Below, piece after piece: positions 16,842 through 25,659 of a stretch of DNA of 36,012 bases. The position numbers and the translations under genes were made by a program. Source of the stretch: a virus. Taxonomy: Duplodnaviria; Heunggongvirae; Uroviricota; Caudoviricetes. The DNA is taken from the IMG/VR virus record IMGVR_UViG_2654587772_000001. One strand, given 5' to 3'. The first letter of the stretch is position 1. Each line of letters opens with the position of its first letter. The notes beneath the pieces were generated by a model. It made no database searches and was not told where the DNA came from. It saw nothing but the letters and a program-made list of their open reading frames with translations.

Positions 16842-17338
16842 TGCCGGTAATTAACACGCATCAGAATATCGCCGCCTTTCTCGACATGCTGGCCGTGTCC
16901 GAAGGGACGGCGAACCATCCGCTGACGAAAAACCGGGGCTATGACGTGATAGTCACCGGACTGGACGGGAAGCCGGAAATCTTCACCGACTACAGTGACC
17001 ACCCGTTCGCACATGGCCGACCGGCGAAGGTGTTTAACCGTCGCGGTGAAAAATCCACGGCCTCCGGTCGCTATCAGCAGCTTTACCTGTTCTGGCCGCA
17101 CTACCGCAAACAGCTTGCCCTGCCGGATTTCAGTCCGTTGTCACAGGACAGACTCGCCATTCAGTTGATCCGCGAACGCGGTGCACTGGATGACATCCGG
17201 GCGGGACGCATTGAGCGCGCCATTTCACGCTGTCGCAATATCTGGGCGTCCCTGCCGGGTGCCGGTTACGGTCAGCGTGAGCATTCACTGGAAAAACTGG
17301 TCACCGTCTGGCGTACCGCCGGCGGCGTACCGGCTTAA
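16841..17338 (+). CDS. K: endolysin K (lysozyme-like)
   Basis: 165-aa ORF; position and length as P2 gpK. Confidence 0.9.
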   Translation: MPVINTHQNIAAFLDMLAVSEGTANHPLTKNRGYDVIVTGLDGKPEIFTDYSDHPFAHGRPAKVFNRRGEKSTASGRYQQLYLFWPHYRKQLALPDFSPLSQDRLAIQLIRERGALDDIRAGRIERAISRCRNIWASLPGAGYGQREHSLEKLVTVWRTAGGVPA

Positions 17339-17352
17339 ACGGAGTAAACACC

Positions 17353-17778
17353 ATGAAGAAATTATCCCTTTCACTGATGCTGAACGTGTCGCTGGCGCTG
17401 ATGCTGGCACTGTCCCTGATTTACCCGAAGAGCGTGGCCGTCAGTTTTGTCGCTGTCTGGGCGATTCTGGCGACGGTTATCTGTGTGGTTGCCGGTGGTG
17501 TCGGCGTGTATGCCACGGAGTATGTGCTGGAACGCTACGGGCGGGAGCTACCGCCGGAATCGCTGGCCGTGAAGATTGTCGCATCGCTGTTTTTGCAGCC
17601 GGTGCCGTGGCGCAGACGGGCAGTGGCTCTGGTGGTGATGGTGACGACGTTTATCTCGCTGGTCGCTGCCGGGTGGATTTTTACCGCGCTGATTTATCTC
17701 GTGGCGTCGCTGTTCTTCCGGCTGATACGTACGGCCTGCCGTCAGCGTTTTGAGGGGCGGGAACCATGTCAAAGCTGA
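17353..17778 (+). CDS. lysA: lysis accessory membrane protein LysA
   Basis: 141-aa ORF with multiple hydrophobic helices. Confidence 0.8.
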   Translation: MKKLSLSLMLNVSLALMLALSLIYPKSVAVSFVAVWAILATVICVVAGGVGVYATEYVLERYGRELPPESLAVKIVASLFLQPVPWRRRAVALVVMVTTFISLVAAGWIFTALIYLVASLFFRLIRTACRQRFEGREPCQS

Positions 17779-18191
17779 TGACTGTGCTGGTCGTGTTGTT
17801 ATCGCTGGCGGTGGCCGGTCTGTTTCTGGTGAAACATAAAAATGCCAGCCTGCGCGCCTCGCTGGACAGGGCGAACAACGTCGCCAGTGAACAGCAGACG
17901 ACCATCACCATGCTGAAAAACCAGCTTCATGTTGCACTCACCAGGGCAGACAAAAACGAGCTGGCGCAGGTGGCACTGCGTCAGGAACTGGAGAACGCCG
18001 CGAAGCGTGAAGCACAGCGCGAGAAAACCATCACGAGGTTACTTAATGAAAACGAGGATTTTCGCCGCTGGTATGGCGCTGAGCTGCCTGATGCTGTGCG
18101 CCGGTTGCACCAGCGTCCCGCCTGCACCGATGCCAGTGATTGTCCACAACGCCTGCCCGAAAGTGAGTCTTTGCCCGATGCCGGGCAGTGA
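17766..18191 (+). CDS. lysB: LysB (Rz-like spanin, inner-membrane component)
   Basis: 141-aa ORF with N-terminal TM and coiled-coil region. Confidence 0.8.
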   Translation: MSKLMTVLVVLLSLAVAGLFLVKHKNASLRASLDRANNVASEQQTTITMLKNQLHVALTRADKNELAQVALRQELENAAKREAQREKTITRLLNENEDFRRWYGAELPDAVRRLHQRPACTDASDCPQRLPESESLPDAGQ

Positions 18192-18336
18192 CCCGGAGAC
18201 GAACGGCGATTTAAGTGCCGATATCCGGCAGCTTGAGAACGCGCTGGCACGCTGTGCCAGCCAGGTAAAAATGATTAAACACTGTCAGGACGAAAACGAT
18301 GCTCAAACCCGACAGCCTGCGCAGGGCGCTGACTGA
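18046..18336 (+). CDS. lysC: LysC (Rz1-like outer-membrane lipoprotein spanin), starts inside lysB in another frame
   Basis: 96-aa ORF from ATG 18046 (MKTRIFAAGMALSCLMLCAGCTS...) with lipobox LCAGC; extends past lysB as in P2. Confidence 0.7.
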   Translation: MKTRIFAAGMALSCLMLCAGCTSVPPAPMPVIVHNACPKVSLCPMPGSDPETNGDLSADIRQLENALARCASQVKMIKHCQDENDAQTRQPAQGAD

Positions 18337-18766
18337 TGACGTCACGGTGCTGAAAACTAACCCCGATATGCTGCGGATATTCGTGGATAACGGGAGTATT
18401 GCCTCCACGCTGGCGGAGTCGTTGTCATTCGAAAAGCGTTACACGCTCAATGTCATTGTGACCGACTTTACCGGTGATTTTGACCTGCTCATCGTGCCGG
18501 TGCTGGCGTGGCTGCGGGAAAATCAGCCCGACATCATGACCACCGACGAAGGCCAGAAAAAGGGCTTCACGTTTTATGCAGACATCAACAATGACAGCAG
18601 CTTTGATATCAGCATCAGCCTGATGCTGACCGAGCGCACGCTGGTCAGTGAGGTGGACGGCGCACTGCATGTGAAGAATATCCCGGAACCCACGCCGCCG
18701 GAGCCGGTCACCCGCCCGATGGAGCTTTATATCAATGGTGAACTGGTGAGCAAGTGGGATGAATGA
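18299..18766 (+). CDS. R: tail completion protein R
   Basis: 155-aa ORF; P2 gpR length and position. Confidence 0.85.
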   Translation: MLKPDSLRRALTDDVTVLKTNPDMLRIFVDNGSIASTLAESLSFEKRYTLNVIVTDFTGDFDLLIVPVLAWLRENQPDIMTTDEGQKKGFTFYADINNDSSFDISISLMLTERTLVSEVDGALHVKNIPEPTPPEPVTRPMELYINGELVSKWDE

Positions 18767-19220
18767 GTTTAAGCGTTTTGAAGACCGGCTGACCGGACTG
18801 ATTGAGTCGCTGTCACCGTCAGGGCGTCGTCGACTGGCGGTAGATATTGCGAAGAAGCTGCGCCAGCGCCAGCAGCAGCGAATTAAATTACAAAAAGCCC
18901 CGGATGGTACGCCGTATGTACCGAGAAAAAACCAACCAGTACGAAATAAGAAAGGCCGGATAAAGCGGGAAATGTTTATGAAATTACGCACTAACCGGTT
19001 TATGAAAGCAACCGGTAGCGAGAGTGCCGCGGTGGTGGAGTTTGCCAGCGGAGTGCAACGAATTGCGCGAGTGCATCAGTATGGTTTAAAAGATAGACCC
19101 AATCCCGACGTTAAACCTATTAAGTATGATGAACGTAAACTACTTGGTTTTTCACATAATGATATTGACTTTATAGAATCAACGATCATTAATTGTCTTC
19201 TGGAAAAATCCAGAGAATAG
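18759..19220 (+). CDS. S: tail completion protein S (3' end divergent and AT-rich)
   Basis: 153-aa ORF; N-terminus matches P2 gpS; the last roughly 45 codons are AT-rich. Confidence 0.8.
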   Translation: MNEFKRFEDRLTGLIESLSPSGRRRLAVDIAKKLRQRQQQRIKLQKAPDGTPYVPRKNQPVRNKKGRIKREMFMKLRTNRFMKATGSESAAVVEFASGVQRIARVHQYGLKDRPNPDVKPIKYDERKLLGFSHNDIDFIESTIINCLLEKSRE

Positions 19221-19235
19221 GAAGGTAAAGTACAA

Positions 19236-19775
19236 GTGACATGTAAAAAGAATGAAGGTGATGTTGTAAAGAAAATTGAACTGGTGCTGAAAACAATCGC
19301 GCGGACGGATTCTTATTTAAATTCAGCCAATACTAAATCAACGATATTACTAAGCTTAGCTTCAGCTGTAATTGTTGCTATTATAGCAAATTTTGACAAA
19401 GTTATATGTCTGGTAGATGTGGATAGTGATAGGATTTTTCTCTCTCTTTTATTGATTGTAATAGTTGGGTTATTGGTGATCTCTTTGTTATTTTCTCTAA
19501 AAGGTGTTACTCCAAATATCTCTAAGAGTGATAAGGAGAATACTTTTTCATTTGTTGATATATCAAGTTATTATAGTAGTCTTGATTGCTATTCTAGTAG
19601 TTTTAAGTCAGTGAGTGATCTGGAGTTGTTGGAGCAGTTAATTGCATTGAATTATACTCTTTCCAGAGCATTAACTAGCAAATATGAGATGCAAATCATA
19701 GCCATTGACTTTATAAAAATGGCTGTTTATGTGCTTTGTTTTTTAATATATGTGGTTGCTTTATCTAATTGGTGA
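19236..19775 (+). CDS. small membrane protein with 3 predicted TM helices (candidate membrane effector, SLATT/PycTM-like)
   Basis: 179-aa ORF from GTG 19236 (no in-frame ATG until near the end); SD AGGAAGG upstream; hydrophobic stretches STILLSLASAVIVAIIANF, IFLSLLLIVIVGLLVISLLFSL, MAVYVLCFLIYVVALS; AT-rich. Confidence 0.55.
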   Translation: MTCKKNEGDVVKKIELVLKTIARTDSYLNSANTKSTILLSLASAVIVAIIANFDKVICLVDVDSDRIFLSLLLIVIVGLLVISLLFSLKGVTPNISKSDKENTFSFVDISSYYSSLDCYSSSFKSVSDLELLEQLIALNYTLSRALTSKYEMQIIAIDFIKMAVYVLCFLIYVVALSNW

Positions 19776-19785
19776 AGGTTTTTGT

Positions 19786-21138
19786 ATGTCCATAAAGAGT
19801 ATTTATTTAGTATTAGATGAAAGGCTGGAAGAGATAATTTCAAAATCAAAATCGCAATCAGTCCATGATGCTATATTTGAATCAGTGGATAATACACAGT
19901 TGGCCACGGAGAGCTTAAGTAAATCTTCTGGTTTCGTAAGAAGTTCTATTTCATTGAAAAAAGATGTAGGTGGAGCTGATGTTCAAAGTTATCAGGTGAA
20001 AGATATTGTTAGAAATAAATTTGGCAAGCACGGTCCACTCATGACAAGTTTTGGATGTCATCCGGACTTTAATAAAATGGATGATGGTGAGGTGAGAAAT
20101 GGTTATTCCATTACCATGTTTATGGATATAATCGGCTCAACTAAACTTGGGGTTGTTTTTCCACCAGAAATAGTATTTAGAATCAAAAATGATATTATAA
20201 GATGTGCGATCGAAACAGTGAATGCATTTGATGGTCACGTCCATAGAATTATGGGTGATGCAGTAATGGCATTTTTCCGAAGTAATGACCGATATAAAAA
20301 CAATAAGATCGCAGACAGTGCAATTGATGCAATAAACTGTGCCGTTGTTTTGATTGAAATGTTCAAGGGGGTTGTTATACCTAAATTGAGTGATTTGGGA
20401 GTTGACGAAAACTTAGGAATAAGAATTGGTCTTGACTATGGCCCTCACGAGGAAGTGGTGTGGTCAAAATATGGCTATATGGAAAGTCATGAAGTGACTG
20501 CGACATCTTTTTTTGTTGATGTTGCGGCAAAACTTCAGCAAAAAGCTCCTAAAAACTCAATTATGATAGGTGCAAGTTTTGTAGAGTTATTAGGCCTTGA
20601 TGATGTTCAATTAAAACATAAAATTAACAGAAACAATGGCGTAGAACACAAGGAATTGTATTTAACCCCAAATTATAAAGATGCTTCAGGCAAACCAATA
20701 AATTACAGACAATATGTATTTGATAACGAACGTTATTGTAATTTGCTGCCTATAAATGATGAGGGGGGTAAACTCATTGTAAAAGCAACGCTTAAGAAGA
20801 GTGAAAATGATGTGTCTGATGATGAGTATATTTGTTGTTCTCGAATGATAAAAAAGGGTATGGGTATCTCATTTAAAGGGTACTATTACTCACAAGAACA
20901 GTACTCTAATCCCAGGTTCAAATTTCGTGTCGAAAATACAGGTCCTGATGCAGGTAATGTTGATAATAAGGGTAATCATGAGTCATATGAGGTAGCAAGG
21001 TACACTGGCGAGCGTTATTTTGCTAAGCATTGGGAAGATTGTCATTACAAAGGACTGCATTATATGTTTGTATCTTTTTGGAATGGGGATCAATTAATAG
21101 AAAGGGAGAGGTGTTTTTCAGTTTTTATTAACGATTAA
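19786..21138 (+). CDS. class III nucleotidyl cyclase-domain protein (candidate PycC-like cyclase)
   Basis: 450 aa from ATG 19786 (SD GAAGG 8 nt upstream; track start 19750 overlaps the upstream gene); motifs SITMFMDIIGSTKL (aa 108-121), HRIMGDAVMAFF (153-164), GIRIGLDYGP (211-220), SFFVDVAAKL (241-250) resembling the FxDIxGFT / IGDxxMA / GIHxGxV / VNxAARL blocks of adenylyl/guanylyl-type cyclases. Confidence 0.7.
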   Translation: MSIKSIYLVLDERLEEIISKSKSQSVHDAIFESVDNTQLATESLSKSSGFVRSSISLKKDVGGADVQSYQVKDIVRNKFGKHGPLMTSFGCHPDFNKMDDGEVRNGYSITMFMDIIGSTKLGVVFPPEIVFRIKNDIIRCAIETVNAFDGHVHRIMGDAVMAFFRSNDRYKNNKIADSAIDAINCAVVLIEMFKGVVIPKLSDLGVDENLGIRIGLDYGPHEEVVWSKYGYMESHEVTATSFFVDVAAKLQQKAPKNSIMIGASFVELLGLDDVQLKHKINRNNGVEHKELYLTPNYKDASGKPINYRQYVFDNERYCNLLPINDEGGKLIVKATLKKSENDVSDDEYICCSRMIKKGMGISFKGYYYSQEQYSNPRFKFRVENTGPDAGNVDNKGNHESYEVARYTGERYFAKHWEDCHYKGLHYMFVSFWNGDQLIERERCFSVFIND

Positions 21139-21238
21139 ATTGTGATTTATTTGAGGGGGGGAATGTAGTCTGTTGTATCATACCTCACCAAAGCATCAAA
21201 ATTTGCCGCTAGTGTAAACTAGCGGCATCCTTCCCGTT

Positions 21239-21874
21239 ATGAACACTCTCGCAAATATTCAGGAACTCGCGCGCGCACTGCGCAACATGATTCGCACCGG
21301 CATTATCATCGAAACCGACCTTAACGCCGGTCGCTGCCGTGTGCAGACCGGCGGCATGTGCACCGACTGGCTTCAGTGGCTGACCTGTCGTGCCGGGCGT
21401 TCGCGCACATGGTGGGCACCTTCCGTGGGGGAGCAGGTGCTGATTCTGGCCGTGGGCGGTGAACTTGACACGGCGTTTGTTCTGCCGGGGATTTATTCCG
21501 GCGATAACCCCGCGCCGTCTGCGTCGGCGGATGCCCTGCATATCCGTTTCCCTGACGGGGCGGTGATTGAGTATGAACCCGAAACCAGTGCACTCACGGT
21601 AAGCGGAATTAAAACGGCCAGCGTGACGGCTTCTGATTCTGTTACTGCCACGGTGCCGGTGGTCACGGTGAAAGCATCAACCCGCGTCACCCTGGACACA
21701 CCGGAGGTGGTCTGCACCAACAGGCTGATTACCGGCACGCTGGAAGTGCAGAAGGGCGGGACGATGCGCGGCAACATTGAACACACCGGCGGTGAACTCT
21801 CATCAAACGGTAAGGTACTGCATACCCATAAACACCCCGGCGACAGCGGCGGCACAACCGGGAGTCCTCTATGA
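21239..21874 (+). CDS. V: baseplate spike protein V
   Basis: 211-aa ORF; P2 gpV length and sequence. Confidence 0.9.
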   Translation: MNTLANIQELARALRNMIRTGIIIETDLNAGRCRVQTGGMCTDWLQWLTCRAGRSRTWWAPSVGEQVLILAVGGELDTAFVLPGIYSGDNPAPSASADALHIRFPDGAVIEYEPETSALTVSGIKTASVTASDSVTATVPVVTVKASTRVTLDTPEVVCTNRLITGTLEVQKGGTMRGNIEHTGGELSSNGKVLHTHKHPGDSGGTTGSPL

Positions 21875-22218
21875 CAGCGCGTTATCTCGGAATGAATCGC
21901 AGTGATGGCCTGACTGTCACTGACCTTGAGCATATCAGCCAGAGTATCGGCGATATCCTGCGCACACCGGTCGGCTCACGGGTGATGCGTCGTGATTACG
22001 GCTCGTTGCTGGAGTCAATGATTGACCAGCCGCAGACCCCGGCGCTTGAGTTGCAGATTAAGGTCGCCTGTTACATGGCGGTGCTGAAATGGGAACCCCG
22101 CGTCACCCTGTCATCCGTCACCACTGAGCGCAGTTTTGACGGGCGAATGACGGTCACGTTAACCGGCCAGCACAACGACACCGGCCAGCCACTTTCGTTA
22201 ACCATCCCTGTGAGTTGA
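21871..22218 (+). CDS. W: baseplate wedge protein W (gp25-like)
   Basis: 115-aa ORF overlapping the V stop; P2 gpW length. Confidence 0.9.
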   Translation: MTARYLGMNRSDGLTVTDLEHISQSIGDILRTPVGSRVMRRDYGSLLESMIDQPQTPALELQIKVACYMAVLKWEPRVTLSSVTTERSFDGRMTVTLTGQHNDTGQPLSLTIPVS

Positions 22219-22222
22219 AACC

Positions 22223-23131
22223 ATGCCGATTATCGACCTGAACCAGCTACCCGCACCGGATGTGGTCGAGGAGCTGGACTTTGAAACCATTCTTGCCGAA
22301 CGCAAGGCGACACTGATTTCCCTTTACCCGGAAGACCAGCAGGAGGCGGTCGCCCGTACCCTGACGCTGGAATCCGAGCCTCTCGTCAAACTGCTGGAGG
22401 AAAATGCTTATCGTGAGCTTATCTGGCGTCAGCGTGTGAATGAGGCCGCACGGGCGGTGATGCTGGCCTGTGCCGCCGGTAATGACCTTGATGTGATTGG
22501 TGCCAATTACAACACCACGCGCCTGATTATCACCCCGGCAGATGATTCGACTATCCCGCCGACACCGGCAGTGATGGAGTCTGACACCGATTATCGTCTG
22601 CGTATTCAGCAGGCGTTTGAAGGTTTAAGCGTCGCCGGGTCGGTGGGGGCCTATCAGTATCATGGTCGAAGTGCCGACGGGCGTGTCGCGGATATCTCTG
22701 TCACCAGTCCTTCTCCGGCCTGCGTCACCATCTCTGTGCTGTCACGTGAAAATAACGGTGTCGCATCCGAAGACCTGCTGGCGGTGGTGCGTAACGCCCT
22801 TAATGGCGAGGACGTCAGGCCGGTGGCCGACCGCGTGACCGTGCAGTCTGCCGCCATCGTTGAATACCAGATAAACGCCACGCTTTACCTTTACCCTGGT
22901 CCCGAAAGCGAACCCATCCGCGCCGCCGCCGTGAAAAAACTGGAAGCGTACGTCACGGCACAGCACCGGCTGGGGCGCGACATCCGTCTGTCTGCCATTT
23001 ATGCCGCTTTGCATGTGGAAGGCGTGCAGCGTGTCGAACTGGCTGCACCGCTGGCCGATATCGTGCTTAACAGCACGCAGGCGTCTTTCTGCACCGAATA
23101 CCGCGTCGTGACCGGAGGCTCGGATGAGTGA
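22223..23131 (+). CDS. J: baseplate protein J
   Basis: 302-aa ORF; P2 gpJ length. Confidence 0.9.
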   Translation: MPIIDLNQLPAPDVVEELDFETILAERKATLISLYPEDQQEAVARTLTLESEPLVKLLEENAYRELIWRQRVNEAARAVMLACAAGNDLDVIGANYNTTRLIITPADDSTIPPTPAVMESDTDYRLRIQQAFEGLSVAGSVGAYQYHGRSADGRVADISVTSPSPACVTISVLSRENNGVASEDLLAVVRNALNGEDVRPVADRVTVQSAAIVEYQINATLYLYPGPESEPIRAAAVKKLEAYVTAQHRLGRDIRLSAIYAALHVEGVQRVELAAPLADIVLNSTQASFCTEYRVVTGGSDE

Positions 23132-23735
23132 TTCGCGCCTGCTGCCGACCGGCTCATCACCGCTTGAAGTCGCCGCCGCAAAAGCCTGTGCGGAAATTGA
23201 AAAAACGCCGGTCAGTATTCGTGAACTGTGGAACCCGGATACCTGCCAGGCAAATCTGCTGCCGTGGCTGGCGTGGTCATTTTCGGTTGACCGCTGGGAT
23301 GATAAGTGGCCGGAAGCGACAAAACGCGCTGTTATCCGCGATGCGTATTTCATTCACTGTCATAAAGGCACTATAGGTGCAATCCGGCGTGTGGTGGAGC
23401 CGCTCGGCTATCTGATTGAGGTGAGGGAGTGGTGGCAGCTCAACGAGGAGCCGGGGACGTTCCGTATCGTTGTTGGCGTGCTTGAGCAGGGTATTACCGA
23501 AGAAATGTATCAGGAGCTGGAGCGCCTCGTTGCTGATGCAAAACCGGCGAGCCGCCATCTGACGGGACTGGCTATCAGTTTAAGTACAACCGGCAACATT
23601 TTTGCCGGTGCGGGATGCTATCACGGCGACGCCCTGACGGTTTATCCCTACACCCCGGAGGCCATTATTGTCGGAGGGGATTATTTCCCGGCCTCGGCCA
23701 TTCATTTAATTGATAACCTGAGAGTAAACGCATGA
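23124..23735 (+). CDS. I: baseplate protein I
   Basis: 203-aa ORF overlapping the J stop; P2 gpI-like sequence. Confidence 0.85.
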   Translation: MSDSRLLPTGSSPLEVAAAKACAEIEKTPVSIRELWNPDTCQANLLPWLAWSFSVDRWDDKWPEATKRAVIRDAYFIHCHKGTIGAIRRVVEPLGYLIEVREWWQLNEEPGTFRIVVGVLEQGITEEMYQELERLVADAKPASRHLTGLAISLSTTGNIFAGAGCYHGDALTVYPYTPEAIIVGGDYFPASAIHLIDNLRVNA

Positions 23736-25057
23736 CAGTGAAATACTACGCCATTCTGACTAATCAGGGCGCAGCACGGCTGGCTAACGCGACGATGCTC
23801 GGCAGTAAGCTGAATCTGACGCAAATGGCCGTTGGTGATGCGAATGGTGTCTTGCCGACACCAGACCCGGCACAGACAAAACTGATTAACCAGAAACGCA
23901 TCGCGCCGCTGAATCTTCTGAGTGTTGACCCGAACAACCAGAGCCAGATTATTGCGGAGCAAATCATCCCTGAGAACGAGGGCGGATTCTGGATCCGTGA
24001 GATTGGGCTTTATGATGATGAAGGCGTACTCATTGCGGTGGCGAACTGCCCGGAAACGTACAAACCGCAGTTGCAGGAAGGCAGTGGTCGTACCCAGACT
24101 ATCCGCATGATTCTGGTTGTCACGAATACCGAAGCTATCACGCTGAAAATCGACCCGTCGGTGGTACTGGCGACCCGTAAATACGTGGATGATGAAGTCC
24201 TGGAATTAAAGCTGTATGTGGATGACCAGATGAGAAACCACATTGCCGCACAGGATCCTCATACCCAGTATGCGCAGAAACATAATCCGACATTTACCGG
24301 AGAACCAAAAGCGCCGACGCCTGCCGCAGGAAATAACACCACGCGGATTGCGACCACTGAGTTTGTTCAGGCCGCTATTACCGCTCTGATTAACGGTGCG
24401 CCAGCCACACTGGACACACTGAAAGAAATTGCCGCGGCCATTAACAATGACCCGAAATTCAGCACCACCATTAACAATGCGCTGTCAGGTAAGCAGCCAC
24501 TGGATGAGACGCTGACTCATTTGAGTGGAAAGGATGTAGCTGGTCTTCTCGCATACCTTGGTTTGGGAGAAGGTTCTGCGTTGCCTGTTGGCATACCAGT
24601 TCCTTGGCCTTCAGCTACGCCGCCAACAGGCTGGCTGAAATGCAACGGGGCTGCTTTTTCGGCTGAAGAATACCCGGAACTGGCAAAGGCTTACCCGACA
24701 AATAAATTGCCTGATTTACGTGGTGAGTTTATTCGTGGCTGGGATGACGGGCGGGGGATTGATACAGGTCGCTCTATTTTAAGTATTCAGGGGTATGCAA
24801 CGGAGGATCATGCTCATGGATTACCGTCAAGATCCACGATTGTGACTGATGCAACGATTAATTTCTATTTTGATGAAAGCTGGGTAAATAGTGGCACTGA
24901 CATTATCAAAAGAGGAAACACAAACGATGCTGGATTACCAGCACCGGATTATGGAACCTTTAAAACATATAAACAATCAGTGGCTGGTTTAGGTGCCGCA
25001 GCCTCAGAAACGCGTCCGCGTAATATTGCATTTAACTATATCGTGAGGGCAGCCTGA
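23732..25057 (+). CDS. H: tail fibre protein H (constant N-terminal part plus currently expressed variable C-terminus)
   Basis: 441-aa ORF; N-terminus MTVKYYAILTNQGAARLANA as in P2 gpH; C-terminal tail-collar/receptor-binding-like region; crossover site inside the gene. Confidence 0.85.
   Translation: MTVKYYAILTNQGAARLANATMLGSKLNLTQMAVGDANGVLPTPDPAQTKLINQKRIAPLNLLSVDPNNQSQIIAEQIIPENEGGFWIREIGLYDDEGVLIAVANCPETYKPQLQEGSGRTQTIRMILVVTNTEAITLKIDPSVVLATRKYVDDEVLELKLYVDDQMRNHIAAQDPHTQYAQKHNPTFTGEPKAPTPAAGNNTTRIATTEFVQAAITALINGAPATLDTLKEIAAAINNDPKFSTTINNALSGKQPLDETLTHLSGKDVAGLLAYLGLGEGSALPVGIPVPWPSATPPTGWLKCNGAAFSAEEYPELAKAYPTNKLPDLRGEFIRGWDDGRGIDTGRSILSIQGYATEDHAHGLPSRSTIVTDATINFYFDESWVNSGTDIIKRGNTNDAGLPAPDYGTFKTYKQSVAGLGAAASETRPRNIAFNYIVRAA
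24548..24573. repeat. invertase crossover site (hix/gix-like), left copy inside H
   Basis: The reverse complement TTCTCCCAAACCAAGGTATGCGA matches TTCTCTCAAACCAACGTTTTATGG at 26455..26480 (14/15 over the conserved core stretch); resembles hix/gix sites. Confidence 0.45.
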
Positions 25058-25659
25058 TGCATAAAGCAATATTAAATAGTGAGCTCATTGCAACAAAGGC
25101 AGGGGATGTTACCGTTTATAACTATGATGGTGAAACACGGGAATATATTTCCACTTCAAATGAATATCTTGCCGTTGGTGTCGGCATTCCGGCATGTTCC
25201 TGTTTAGATGCCCCTGGCACACATAAGGCTGGTTATGCAATCTGCCGTTCTGCAGATTTTAACTCATGGGAATATGTGCCAGACCATCGCGGTGAAACGG
25301 TCTATAGCACCGAAACAGGAGAATCAAAAGAAATCACCGCTCCGGGTGATTACCCTGAAAATACAACCACTATCGCCCCATTAACGCCATATGATAAATG
25401 GGATGGTGAGAAATGGGTGACGGATACCGAGGCACAGCATAGCGCCGCAGTAGATGCAGCAGAAGCACAGCGCCAGTCGCTGATTGATACTGCAATGGCT
25501 TCCATCAGTCTGATTCAACTGAAATTGCAGGCCGGACGTAAACTGACGCAGGCAGAAACAACCCGGCTTAACGCTGTGCTGGATTACATTGACGCGGTGA
25601 CGGCAACAGATACCAGCACCGCGCCGGATGTCATCTGGCCTGAACTGCCGGAGGCGTAG
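25057..25659 (+). CDS. G: tail fibre assembly chaperone (G / Tfa)
   Basis: 200-aa ORF with start overlapping the H stop; Tfa-like sequence with conserved C-terminal region (RLNAVLDYIDAVTATDTSTAPDVIWPELP). Confidence 0.8.
   Translation: MHKAILNSELIATKAGDVTVYNYDGETREYISTSNEYLAVGVGIPACSCLDAPGTHKAGYAICRSADFNSWEYVPDHRGETVYSTETGESKEITAPGDYPENTTTIAPLTPYDKWDGEKWVTDTEAQHSAAVDAAEAQRQSLIDTAMASISLIQLKLQAGRKLTQAETTRLNAVLDYIDAVTATDTSTAPDVIWPELPEA

Noticed and set aside
17181-17753. 190-aa ORF overlapping K and lysA
   Set aside because: Alternate frame through the lysis cassette; K and lysA fit P2 lengths exactly.
21171-21197. Possible third late-promoter element upstream of V (TGTTGTATCATACCTCACCAAAGCATC)
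   Set aside because: Only loose similarity to the PO/PF-like elements and it sits too close (about 42 nt) to the V start codon.
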